Below, one piece after another: positions 9,630 through 18,257 of a stretch of 64,000 nt of DNA. A model generated the notes under the pieces. That model had not been told where the DNA came from, made no database searches, and was given only the letters and a program-made list of their open reading frames with translations. The first letter of the stretch is position 1. Each line of letters opens with the position of its first letter. The translations under genes and the position numbers were made by a program. The stretch comes from an uncultured Rhodobacteraceae bacterium (GTDB lineage: Bacteria > Pseudomonadota > Alphaproteobacteria > Rhodobacterales > Rhodobacteraceae): the NCBI GenBank assembly GCA_965656935.1, contig CBFHMG010000003.1, forward strand, positions 126,870-190,869, in the 5' to 3' direction.

Positions 9630-10715
9630 ATGTCCGCGCCAATGCAGCCCAAACCCGGCATTCTGGAGATCGCCCTCTACCAAGGGGGGCAAAGCAAGAT
9701 CGACGGCCAAGACGATGTGCTCAAGCTCAGTTCGAACGAAAACCCGTTTGGCCCGAGCCCTAAAGCCATCGCCGCAATCAAGGCCGCGGCCGAGGATATG
9801 CATCGCTATCCCTCCACCGATCATGCCGAGCTGCGCGACGCGATTGCCCAGATCCATGGCGTGGACCCCGCCCGCGTGATCTGCGGTGTCGGCTCGGACG
9901 AGGTGCTGCAATTCCTGTGTCATGCTTATGCAGGGCAGGGGGATGAGGTGCTTTATACCGAGCATGGCTTCTCGATGTATCGCATCTGTGCGCTGATGGT
10001 GGGGGCAACCCCCGTCGAGGTCCCCGAGGTCGAGCGCCGCGTCGATATCGACCAGTTGATCGCCGGCCTGACCGATCGGACACGGCTTGTCTTCATCGCC
10101 AACCCCGCCAATCCCACAGGCACCATGCTTGGCACGGATGAGCTTGCCCGTCTGGCCGATGCCTTGCCCGAGCGGTGCCTTTTGGTGATCGATTCCGCCT
10201 ATGCCGAATTCGCCGAAGGCTATGATGGCGGCAAGGCCTTGGTTGATGCGCGCGCGAATGTTGTGATGACGCGCACCTTTTCCAAGCTTTATGGTCTGGG
10301 CGGTTTACGTGTTGGCTGGGGCTATGCCGATCAATCCATCATCGAGGTGCTGGGGCGTATCCGCCAGCCCTTCAATCTGTCGACCTTGGCCTTGGCGGGG
10401 GCGAAAGCGGCGGCGCTCGATACCGAATTCGCGCTGAACTGTGTGCGGATCAATGCCGAGGAACGTGCAAGGCTGACCGGAAGCTTGCGCCAGATCGGCA
10501 TTCCTTGCGATGACAGCTTTGCAAATTTCGTGCTCGCCCGCTTCAAGGATGAGGCCGAGGCCGATGCGGCGGATGCTTATCTCAAATCCCGAGGTATTAT
10601 CGTGCGCCATCCCAAAAGCTATAAGCTGCCGCATTGCCTGCGCATCACCGTGGGCCAGCCTGATGACAATACCCGCGTGCTGGATGCGCTTGCCGGTTTC
10701 AAGGGGGCGCAATGA
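9630..10715 (+). CDS. hisC: Histidinol-phosphate aminotransferase
   Basis: [14 protein letters not shown]...ELR.AIA and [15 protein letters not shown] (PLP Lys) motifs. The 467-aa track ORF has a spurious N-terminal extension overlapping priA, so ATG 9630 (or 9616) is preferred. Confidence 0.88.
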   Translation: MSAPMQPKPGILEIALYQGGQSKIDGQDDVLKLSSNENPFGPSPKAIAAIKAAAEDMHRYPSTDHAELRDAIAQIHGVDPARVICGVGSDEVLQFLCHAYAGQGDEVLYTEHGFSMYRICALMVGATPVEVPEVERRVDIDQLIAGLTDRTRLVFIANPANPTGTMLGTDELARLADALPERCLLVIDSAYAEFAEGYDGGKALVDARANVVMTRTFSKLYGLGGLRVGWGYADQSIIEVLGRIRQPFNLSTLALAGAKAAALDTEFALNCVRINAEERARLTGSLRQIGIPCDDSFANFVLARFKDEAEADAADAYLKSRGIIVRHPKSYKLPHCLRITVGQPDDNTRVLDALAGFKGAQ

Positions 10716-11650
10716 GCCAGATTTATGACCGAGTGGCGCTCATCGGCCTTGGCCTTATTGCAGGCTCTTTGTCGCTCGCGATCAAACGCGCGGGGCTGGC
10801 GGGGGAAGTGGTCGGCTATGCCCGTTCCGCAGGCAGCCGCCAGATCGCGCGCGATATCCAGCTTTGCGACCGGATTGAGGATGATCTCACCTCAGCCGTG
10901 AAAGATGCCGATCTGGTGGTGCTGTGTGTGCCTGTGGGCGTGATGGCGCAGGTCGCTGAACAGATCGCGCCGCATCTCAAGGCAGGGGCCACGCTCAGTG
11001 ATGTGGGGTCGGTCAAACGGGATGTGATCAGCGCGGTTGGCCCGCATGTGCCTGAAAATGTGCAGTTCATCCCCGCGCACCCTTTGGCGGGAACCGAGCA
11101 TTCTGGCCCCAATTCGGGTTTTGCCGAATTGTTCGACAACCGCTATGTCCTCATCACACCCGAGCCTGAGGCGGACCCCCAAGCAGTCGCCAATTTGCGC
11201 CTGCTTTGGGAAAAATGCGGCGCCAATGTCGAGGAAATGGATGCCGATCACCATGATCTGGTGCTGGCCGTTACCTCCCACACACCGCATCTGATTGCTT
11301 ATACGATGGTCGGTGTCGCAGATGATCTGCGCCGTGTGACAGATAGCGAAGTGATCAAATATTCCGCCGCAGGTTTCCGCGATTTCACGCGGATCGCGGC
11401 CTCTGACCCGACCATGTGGCGCGATGTTTTCCTGTCGAACAAAGAGGCCACGCTGGAAATCCTTGGCCGTTTCACCGAGGAGCTCTTCGCGCTTCAGCGC
11501 GCGATCCGCACGGGCGATGGCGATCATTTGCATGATTACTTCACCCGCACCCGCGAAATTCGTCGAGGCATCATCGAAGCGGGTCAGGATACGGATGCGC
11601 CGAATTTCGGGCGCACAAGTTCCAAACCACGGCCACCCAAAATGCCATGA
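10712..11650 (+). CDS. tyrC: Prephenate/arogenate (cyclohexadienyl) dehydrogenase
   Basis: N-terminal Rossmann motif [13 protein letters not shown], then GSVK...[19 protein letters not shown] overlap with hisC. Confidence 0.85.
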   Translation: MSQIYDRVALIGLGLIAGSLSLAIKRAGLAGEVVGYARSAGSRQIARDIQLCDRIEDDLTSAVKDADLVVLCVPVGVMAQVAEQIAPHLKAGATLSDVGSVKRDVISAVGPHVPENVQFIPAHPLAGTEHSGPNSGFAELFDNRYVLITPEPEADPQAVANLRLLWEKCGANVEEMDADHHDLVLAVTSHTPHLIAYTMVGVADDLRRVTDSEVIKYSAAGFRDFTRIAASDPTMWRDVFLSNKEATLEILGRFTEELFALQRAIRTGDGDHLHDYFTRTREIRRGIIEAGQDTDAPNFGRTSSKPRPPKMP

Positions 11651-12699
11651 TGCGAATTTGGGGTGTTTTGGGGACAATTTTGGTGATGACAACGCAACCG
11701 CTCTTGGCGGAGGGCCCGTCTAATTCACTGCGCCCGATCGCGCGGCCCCAAGCCTCACCTGCACCAGCCGTCCCATCACCTGCTGATCAAGCCGAAACGG
11801 CCGAGCCCGTGAGTGCCCCGGTGGGGCCTGCCGCGGCAACTACCGTAATTCTTCGGGCTTCATCATTGGCCCCGCGCGGATCTTTGCGCCCGCAAGGACG
11901 CGGGGGCATGCCGCCTGCGCAGCCCGTTCAGTCCTCGGCCCTCGTTCAGGCCGATGCAACTCCTGTCAGCGCTGAAACCACGACACAAGTCATCGAACGG
12001 CGTGGCCTTTTCGGGACGGTGCGCCGCAGTGTCGAGGTGCGGGTGATCGAAGGTGCCACGCAATATGCCGCTGCCATCTCGCTCCGCCCCAGCTTGCGCC
12101 CTGATGGCTTGGAGGAACGCAGCCGCGCGGCTTCCACACGCGCAACACCGGGGCGGGTAACGCAGCCCGGAGCCCGAGGGGCGCTTTGCGGCAGCGCAGG
12201 CATTTTGGGAGATCGGCTTGAAACCATCCCCGGTCGGATCAGGGGCTGCGGCATCCCCGAGCCTGTGCGTGTTCGCGAAATCGATGGCGTCACGCTGAAC
12301 CAGCCGGCCACCTTGAATTGTGATGCAGCCCTCGCGCTGCAAACATGGTTGCGGGAGGGCGTTGTTCCTGTGGTCGGGCGCACAGGTGGCGGTGTGTCCT
12401 CGCTCCGCGTGGTGGCCTCCTATGCTTGCCGTACCCGCAATAACCAACCCGGCGCGCGCCTGTCCGAGCATTCCACAGGCAATGCCATTGATATCGCGGG
12501 CATCGGTCTTGTGAATGGCACGGAATTAACGGTGCTTACGGGATGGCGCTCGGGTCAAAGCTCGCGCCTGCTGCGCCGAATGCATCAAGAAGCCTGTGGC
12601 CCCTTCGGCACTGTGCTTGGCCCGAATTCCGATCGGTTCCACCGCGACCATTTCCATTTTGATGTCGCAAGCTACCGCTCGGGTCCCTATTGCCGCTGA
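11647..12699 (+). CDS. Extensin-like C-terminal domain protein (LAS/VanY-like zinc peptidase fold), secreted, Pro/Ala-rich linker
   Basis: Signal-like N-terminus and a P/A-rich region. The C-terminal CGIPEPVRV...LNCDAALAL...SYACRTRNN...SEHSTGNAIDI...HRDHFHFD matches the extensin-like_C domain with H-x-D and H-x-H metal ligands. ATGA overlap with tyrC. Confidence 0.7.
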   Translation: MMRIWGVLGTILVMTTQPLLAEGPSNSLRPIARPQASPAPAVPSPADQAETAEPVSAPVGPAAATTVILRASSLAPRGSLRPQGRGGMPPAQPVQSSALVQADATPVSAETTTQVIERRGLFGTVRRSVEVRVIEGATQYAAAISLRPSLRPDGLEERSRAASTRATPGRVTQPGARGALCGSAGILGDRLETIPGRIRGCGIPEPVRVREIDGVTLNQPATLNCDAALALQTWLREGVVPVVGRTGGGVSSLRVVASYACRTRNNQPGARLSEHSTGNAIDIAGIGLVNGTELTVLTGWRSGQSSRLLRRMHQEACGPFGTVLGPNSDRFHRDHFHFDVASYRSGPYCR

Positions 12700-12764
12700 G
12701 CCTGCATCTTTGCTTCCCAAATACTTTGGGGTGAATTGGCCATAGGCCAAAAGGGGCAAAGCCC

Positions 12765-13766
12765 CTAACGCAGAACAAACTGTGGAGCTTGCCCGATCGG
12801 GATCGGACCAAAAAACATCAAACCATCCCGAAAGCTTAAAGGGGCATCAAGATTATCTGGATCGCCGCCAAGCCCTGCCAGAAAGCCCAAACCACGCTCA
12901 ATCATGCGCCGCGCATCCGTTGTAAGTACGCCCGCATTCACGCCGAGATCGAGCATCGCGCGCCAGTTTTCGGCGCGGATGGCGATCTCGCCTGCGGGGC
13001 TGCCCGTGCTATCCACCACCAAATCACCCGAGGCGCGCAATCGCATATCGCCCCATACTGCTTGCGCTTCCTCAAGCTCGATTGAGGTGAATTGCGGGCG
13101 CGCAACCTCAAGCGCATCCAGATCCCATGGGCGGTCAAACCCGAATTGCCCTTCGATGCGCAGGGTTTCGATCTCCTGAGGCAAAAGCCCCGCAGGGTCC
13201 AGAATGCGGGATGCGCCTTCAGGCGGTACATAGCCCTCGGCCTCGAAGACCAGATCATAAAGCTGATCTTCGCCCTCGACCCGTTGCGCCACAAGCGTGC
13301 CTGTGCGCAGGCTGCTGGACCAACCCGCGCTGCTGGCAATGGCCAGATCGCGCAATTGCGTCTCCGAGAGATCAAGGGCCAGATTGGCCGAGGGGCGCAA
13401 ATCCAGATCCGAGGTCATCTGGCTGCTGGTGATCTCCAGCCGTTCAAAGGGCGAGGCAAGGCTTTGCTGATCGGGCCAGATGGCAGTGACTTGATCGGCG
13501 CGCAAAGGGCGCTGTTGTAAAATGACCAAGGGCGCTTCCCATGCCCATCCTGTTTCGGGATCGGCCAGTTGCAATTGCGAAATCTCGGTTCTGAGCAAGC
13601 TTGGAAACCCACCTGTCGACAGCTCGGCGTAATTCACCAGCCAACCCTCGGCCGCGCGATCTTCCAGCCAGCCCGCCAAAAGCGCTTCGCTGGCCTTTGA
13701 CCCTGCAAACCAGATCGCCCCCCAACCAGCGGTCAAGATGACGATAACCCAGATCAGTTTCCGCAT
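12765..13766 (-). CDS. DUF2125-like membrane-anchored periplasmic protein
   Basis: N-terminal anchor MRKLIWVIVILTAGWGAIWFAG, then a soluble body of about 310 aa of the kind annotated DUF2125 in Alphaproteobacteria. The family call is from memory. ATG 13766 is preferred over 13832. Confidence 0.55.
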   Translation of the reverse strand: MRKLIWVIVILTAGWGAIWFAGSKASEALLAGWLEDRAAEGWLVNYAELSTGGFPSLLRTEISQLQLADPETGWAWEAPLVILQQRPLRADQVTAIWPDQQSLASPFERLEITSSQMTSDLDLRPSANLALDLSETQLRDLAIASSAGWSSSLRTGTLVAQRVEGEDQLYDLVFEAEGYVPPEGASRILDPAGLLPQEIETLRIEGQFGFDRPWDLDALEVARPQFTSIELEEAQAVWGDMRLRASGDLVVDSTGSPAGEIAIRAENWRAMLDLGVNAGVLTTDARRMIERGLGFLAGLGGDPDNLDAPLSFRDGLMFFGPIPIGQAPQFVLR

Positions 13767-13836
13767 TGGCTTCGATTCCCCTTCAAACCCGCCTTTACCC
13801 TGCATATAGGCAGGAGTTGAAGAAAGGACCAATCCG

Positions 13837-14406
13837 ATGTCGCATGATCCTCTTTGGGTGTTTGGCTATGGCAGCCTGATCTGGAACCCCGGCTTTCCCG
13901 TGGCCGAGCGCCGTGTTGCGCGGCTCGACGGATGGCATCGGTCTTTTTGCATGTCCTCCATCCATCATCGCGGCACGCCTGAGGCTCCGGGCTTGGTGCT
14001 GGCCCTTGATGTTGCGCCTGACAGCTATTGCGACGGGATCGCCTTTCGCGTGGAAACGGGCAGTGAAGAGGCCACGATTGCCTATTTGCGCGAGCGTGAA
14101 TTGATTTCCTCGGCCTATGTCGAAACCCGCCAGAGGCTCCAATTCCATGATGGTCCCGCGCAAGGCGATGTGCTGACCTATGTGATCGACCGCGATCACG
14201 AGCAATATCTGGGCGGCATGCCTTTAGAGGACCAAGCCCAAATCATCGCCCAAGCGGTGGGGGGGCGTGGCCCGAATGATGAATATCTTCTCCAAACCGC
14301 GTCACATCTGGCCTCTCTCGGTCTGGCCGACCCTGATCTTGATTGGCTTGTCGAGCGCGTACAGCAGCTAAAGGCGAGTGTTGGCAGCGCGGCGGAACGC
14401 GGCTAG
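13837..14406 (+). CDS. chaC: ChaC-family gamma-glutamylcyclotransferase (glutathione-specific)
   Basis: WVFGYGSLIWNPGF, RGTPEAPGLVLALD and YLRERE are ChaC signatures. Confidence 0.8.
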   Translation: MSHDPLWVFGYGSLIWNPGFPVAERRVARLDGWHRSFCMSSIHHRGTPEAPGLVLALDVAPDSYCDGIAFRVETGSEEATIAYLRERELISSAYVETRQRLQFHDGPAQGDVLTYVIDRDHEQYLGGMPLEDQAQIIAQAVGGRGPNDEYLLQTASHLASLGLADPDLDWLVERVQQLKASVGSAAERG

Positions 14407-14445
14407 TCTGTCCGCGACAGGCCAAGCAAGCGTCAGAGAACCGCA

Positions 14446-15669
14446 ATGACAAGCAGAGCAGACAGCGCCGAGGCGCTTCGTTTCACCAGACCGACGCGTC
14501 AGATTTTGCTGATGCTGATCATCTTCGGGCTGTTTGCCTTCGGAAGTGTCTTGATCTTCCCGATGGTCCAGCCTGTGTTTTTGGCCAACCCCTATCTCAA
14601 CGGCACCATCGCCGTTGTGTTTCTGGTGGGTGTGCTGGCCTGTTTTTGGCAGGTTTTGCAGCTTTATTCCTCGGTCTCGTGGATCGAGAGCACCGCTTCG
14701 GGCTTGCAAGACCAGCAAAGCAGCCGTGTGCCGCAGCTTTTGGCACCTTTGGCGGGGGTCTTGCGCGGGCGCGGCGCGCGAATGCAGCTTTCCACGGCCT
14801 CGTCGCGCTCGGTTCTGGATTCGGTTGGTGCGCGGATGGAAGAAAGCCGCGATATCACGCGATACATTGCGAACCTCCTGATTTTCTTGGGTCTTTTGGG
14901 TACATTCTTTGGTCTGGCGACCACCGTTCCCGCCGTTGTTGAAACGATCCGCTCGCTGCAGCCGACCGAGGGCGAAGAGGGAATGGCTGTCTTCGGGCGG
15001 TTGATGGCGGGGCTTGAGCATCAATTGGGCGGTATGGGCACGGCCTTTGCGTCCTCGCTGCTTGGGCTTGCGGGATCGCTGGTTGTCGGCCTGCTGGAGT
15101 TGTTCGCAGGCCATGGCCAGAACCGCTTTTACCGCGAGATGGAGGAATGGCTCTCGACCATCACGCGTGTCGGGTTCTCAACGGGCGATGGCGAGGGCGG
15201 CGGTATTGACCGCGCAGCTGTGGCGACCGTTTTGGACCACATGGTGGATCAGATCGACAGCCTCGAGAGCCTCTTTGCACGCTCCGAGACACGCCGTGCC
15301 GAGACGGAAGACCGCCTGATTTCATTGGCGGCCTCGGTCGAGAATTTGACGGAAAGACTGGGGCCGGGGCAGGTGGCTGCCACGGAGCGTCTGGCTGTGG
15401 CGCAAGATCGCCTATCTGAGGCCATGCTGTCGATGCAGGGCGATAGCGGCGGTATGGATGACGAGGCCAAGATGCGCCTGCGCTCGATTGATGTGCAATT
15501 GCTCAAGATTTTTGAGGAAATCGGGGCAGGGCGGCAGCAGGAAATTTCGGCCCTGCGCGGCGATATCAACGAACTCAGCTCGGCCTTGCGCGCCTTGACC
15601 CAAGCGGCTGCGACGCCTGAAACCAATGATGCCCCCGCGCCGCGCCGCGCGCCCAAGGCGAAAGAGTAA
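14446..15669 (+). CDS. MotA/TolQ/ExbB-family proton-channel protein with a coiled-coil cytoplasmic tail of about 170 aa
   Basis: Four hydrophobic helices. Family motifs LGLLGTFFGL and AFASSLLGLAGSLVVGLL. The C-terminal tail is E/R/L/A-rich and heptad-like. There is a 6-nt gap to the next gene. Confidence 0.8.
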   Translation: MTSRADSAEALRFTRPTRQILLMLIIFGLFAFGSVLIFPMVQPVFLANPYLNGTIAVVFLVGVLACFWQVLQLYSSVSWIESTASGLQDQQSSRVPQLLAPLAGVLRGRGARMQLSTASSRSVLDSVGARMEESRDITRYIANLLIFLGLLGTFFGLATTVPAVVETIRSLQPTEGEEGMAVFGRLMAGLEHQLGGMGTAFASSLLGLAGSLVVGLLELFAGHGQNRFYREMEEWLSTITRVGFSTGDGEGGGIDRAAVATVLDHMVDQIDSLESLFARSETRRAETEDRLISLAASVENLTERLGPGQVAATERLAVAQDRLSEAMLSMQGDSGGMDDEAKMRLRSIDVQLLKIFEEIGAGRQQEISALRGDINELSSALRALTQAAATPETNDAPAPRRAPKAKE

Positions 15670-15675
15670 TCCGCG

Positions 15676-17289
15676 ATGGCCTTCCACCGTAGGACAGGCA
15701 ACCGATTTACCGCCGCGATCTGGCCGGGATTTGTGGATGCGATCACTGCCCTTTTGATGGTGATGATCTTCCTTCTGACCATCTTCATGGTGGTTCAATT
15801 TGTTCTCAGCGAAGAAATCAGCACGCAAGACGAAGAACTGAACCTTCTCAATTCGCAACTCAATGAACTGGCGGATGCATTGGGCCTCGAACAGGGGCGC
15901 GCGGATCGTTTGGAGGCGCGGGTGGCCACCCTTGGCACCAGCCTTGAAGAGGCCAATGCCGAGATCGAGGCGCAACAAAGCCTGATCGCAACGCTGAATG
16001 CGGCAAATGCGCAACAGGCTGCGCGGATTGCTAGTTTCGAGGAACAGGTTGCCTCGCTTCTGGCCGCAAATTCCGAGCTAACCGCCGAGCGGGATGCAAC
16101 GGCTGCCGAGCTGGCCGAAAGCCTGAGCCAAAGCGAGGCGCTCAACCTCGCGCTTGCACAGGCCCGAAGCGAGATTGATGCCGCCGCAGAAGCCGCGCGT
16201 TTGGCAGCCGCCCGTCGCGAGGCCCTTGAGGCTTTGGTGGCTGATCTGGAGACGCAAACCGAAGGGCAATTGGCCGAAATTGACCGCCTGCAAACCGCCC
16301 TTTCCGAGGAAGAAGCAGCACGCCTTGTCGATGCCGCCGCGGCCGAGGCCCTGCGCGAGCGGCTCCAGAATGCCGATGCCGAGTTGACCGCCATGACATT
16401 GGCCTTGGAAGAACAGCGCCGCGCAGCCGAGGAAACCCTGACCCTGCTGGCAGCGGCCTCTCTGTCGCGTGATGAATTGGCGGCCCAAATCGCCGAGATG
16501 GAAGACCGCCAACTCACCGAGGCGGAACGCCAAGCCGCGCTGCTTGCGGTGGCCAACCAGCAATTGGCCGAGGCGCAGGCGCAATCAGCCGAAGGGCAGC
16601 GCCGCATTGCTGTTCTCAATGAGCAGATCGCGGCCCTGCGGTCACAATTGGGCGCGTTGCAAGCGCTGCTTGATGCCTCTGAGGCGCGGGATGCAGATGC
16701 TCTGGTGCAGATCGAGGCTTTGGGTAGCCGCCTGAATGCTGCGCTGGCGCAGGTTGCAGCCGAGCAAAGCGCGCGGGCCAATCTCGAGGCGGCCGAAGCC
16801 GCGCGGCTGGCGCTTGAGGCGCAGGATCTGGAACGCTACCGCTCAGAGTTTTTCGGGCGTTTGCGTGAATTGCTTGAGGGACGCGAAGGCGTGCGGATCG
16901 AAGGGGACCGTTTCGTATTCTCCTCGGAGGTGCTTTTCACCTCGGCTTCGGCGGAATTGCTGCCTGAGGGGCGCGCACAGATTGCCAATGTCGCGCAGCT
17001 TTTGCTGGAGGTTTCGGATGATATACCCGAGGCCATTGATTGGATTATCCGCGTGGATGGTCACACCGATAATATCCCGCTTTTCGGCGCAGATAACGGG
17101 GCGGGGAATTGGCGGTTGAGCCAAGCACGCGCCTTGTCAGTGGTGCTTTATATGAGCGAAGAACTGGGCATCCCGCCCTTCCGTTTGGCCGCCACGGGCT
17201 TTGGTGAATTCCGCCCGATTGCAAGCAATGACAGCGCGGATGGACGGGCGCAGAATCGCCGTATCGAATTGAAACTGACCGAGCGCTAA
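15676..17289 (+). CDS. MotB/OmpA-family peptidoglycan-binding protein with a coiled-coil spacer of about 350 aa
   Basis: Single N-terminal TM with a conserved Asp (WPGFVDAITALLMVMIF; D21 codon 15736..15738). An Ala/Glu/Leu/Gln coiled coil runs from about 15811 to 16860. The C-terminal OmpA-like domain reads VDGHTDNIP...NWRLSQARA...GFGEFRP...NRRIELKL. Confidence 0.85.
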   Translation: MAFHRRTGNRFTAAIWPGFVDAITALLMVMIFLLTIFMVVQFVLSEEISTQDEELNLLNSQLNELADALGLEQGRADRLEARVATLGTSLEEANAEIEAQQSLIATLNAANAQQAARIASFEEQVASLLAANSELTAERDATAAELAESLSQSEALNLALAQARSEIDAAAEAARLAAARREALEALVADLETQTEGQLAEIDRLQTALSEEEAARLVDAAAAEALRERLQNADAELTAMTLALEEQRRAAEETLTLLAAASLSRDELAAQIAEMEDRQLTEAERQAALLAVANQQLAEAQAQSAEGQRRIAVLNEQIAALRSQLGALQALLDASEARDADALVQIEALGSRLNAALAQVAAEQSARANLEAAEAARLALEAQDLERYRSEFFGRLRELLEGREGVRIEGDRFVFSSEVLFTSASAELLPEGRAQIANVAQLLLEVSDDIPEAIDWIIRVDGHTDNIPLFGADNGAGNWRLSQARALSVVLYMSEELGIPPFRLAATGFGEFRPIASNDSADGRAQNRRIELKLTER

Positions 17290-18257
17290 CGGATTTCGAT
17301 CTGGGTGTTGCGCTGGCTGATCGCCACCCCACCACGCAGCAACGAGACTTGCCCGCGATACAGGCCTGCCCGCAAACCCCCACTTGGCGCGCGGCGGCCC
17401 GAGGCGCGGAAAAGCTGCGCTTGGGTCCTGTTTAACTCGACCAATTGCTCATGAAACACCACGCCGTCGGGATCAGTGATCAAGATCCTGATCTGGTCGC
17501 CCGCGCGGGCACTGTGAACGAAACCCCAAAGCACAAGGGCAGGGGCAGTTCGGGTCAGGAAGGCCGCATCTGCATTGCCTTGTTTGATGGCCTCGAATTC
17601 GGGGATGTCTTGCGCAAATCCCGCCGACATCACATCGCCCGCATTATGGGCGATATCCTCGGCCCAAAGGTCAGGCGCACCGATCCCGCAAGCGGCTGTC
17701 TCGGTCGGATCGAACGGGTCGATGACCTGCCCGTTATGGCGCAGCGTCATATGAAGATGGGGAAACTCAGAGCGGCCAGAGAACCCGATTTGGCCCAAAG
17801 CGGCCCCCGCCTCGACCCTGTCACCCTGTTGAATCGTGATCGAGCCTTGCGCCAAGTGGCAATATTGGGTCTGCCAGCCATCATCATGTTCCAGCACCAC
17901 GCCATTCCCGCAATCCTGCCCCTCGGGCATCATCGGGATACCGCCATCGGCTACGGTGTTTCTGCTGCCCAGAACGGTACCGCTGGCAGCGGCAAGAACG
18001 GACCAGCCAAGGCCAAGCGCCTCAAGATCGGCGAGGCGGATATCGGTGCCTTGATGGCCGTCATAGCTTTGCGGCCCGCAGGTGAAATCGCGGGCATCGG
18101 GCCCTGCGTCGCGGTCAACGAATTGTTGAAGAAAACAGGTCTCGCCCAATTCGCAATCGACTGGGAAGAGCAGGGAGGGGGCATCCGCAAGGGCGCTGGA
18201 CGCAAAAACGGCGACCCCCGAAAGGGCCGCCGCAAAGCTTAAACTGCGCTGTGTCAT
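17286..18257 (-). CDS. Secreted M23-family metallopeptidase
   Basis: Signal peptide SLSFAAALSGVAVFASSALA. M23 motifs HQGTDI and EFPHLHMTLRHNG. ATGA overlap with the clpA stop. Its own stop overlaps the convergent MotB-like stop. Confidence 0.85.
   Translation of the reverse strand: MTQRSLSFAAALSGVAVFASSALADAPSLLFPVDCELGETCFLQQFVDRDAGPDARDFTCGPQSYDGHQGTDIRLADLEALGLGWSVLAAASGTVLGSRNTVADGGIPMMPEGQDCGNGVVLEHDDGWQTQYCHLAQGSITIQQGDRVEAGAALGQIGFSGRSEFPHLHMTLRHNGQVIDPFDPTETAACGIGAPDLWAEDIAHNAGDVMSAGFAQDIPEFEAIKQGNADAAFLTRTAPALVLWGFVHSARAGDQIRILITDPDGVVFHEQLVELNRTQAQLFRASGRRAPSGGLRAGLYRGQVSLLRGGVAISQRNTQIEIR

Noticed and set aside
15795-16781. 328-aa Ala/Ser/Arg/Cys-rich minus-strand ORF inside the MotB-like gene
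   Set aside because: It is a low-complexity shadow ORF created by the GC-rich GCN/GAR codon repetition of the coiled-coil region. It has no start context, and the sense strand carries recognisable domains.
14446-17289. Zorya-type anti-phage system (ZorAB)
   Set aside because: The longest coiled coil is on the B (OmpA-domain) subunit, not the A subunit. No ZorC/D/E-like or nuclease/helicase effector genes follow, and the locus sits in a core, non-island context. It is kept as an uncharacterised stator-like pair instead.
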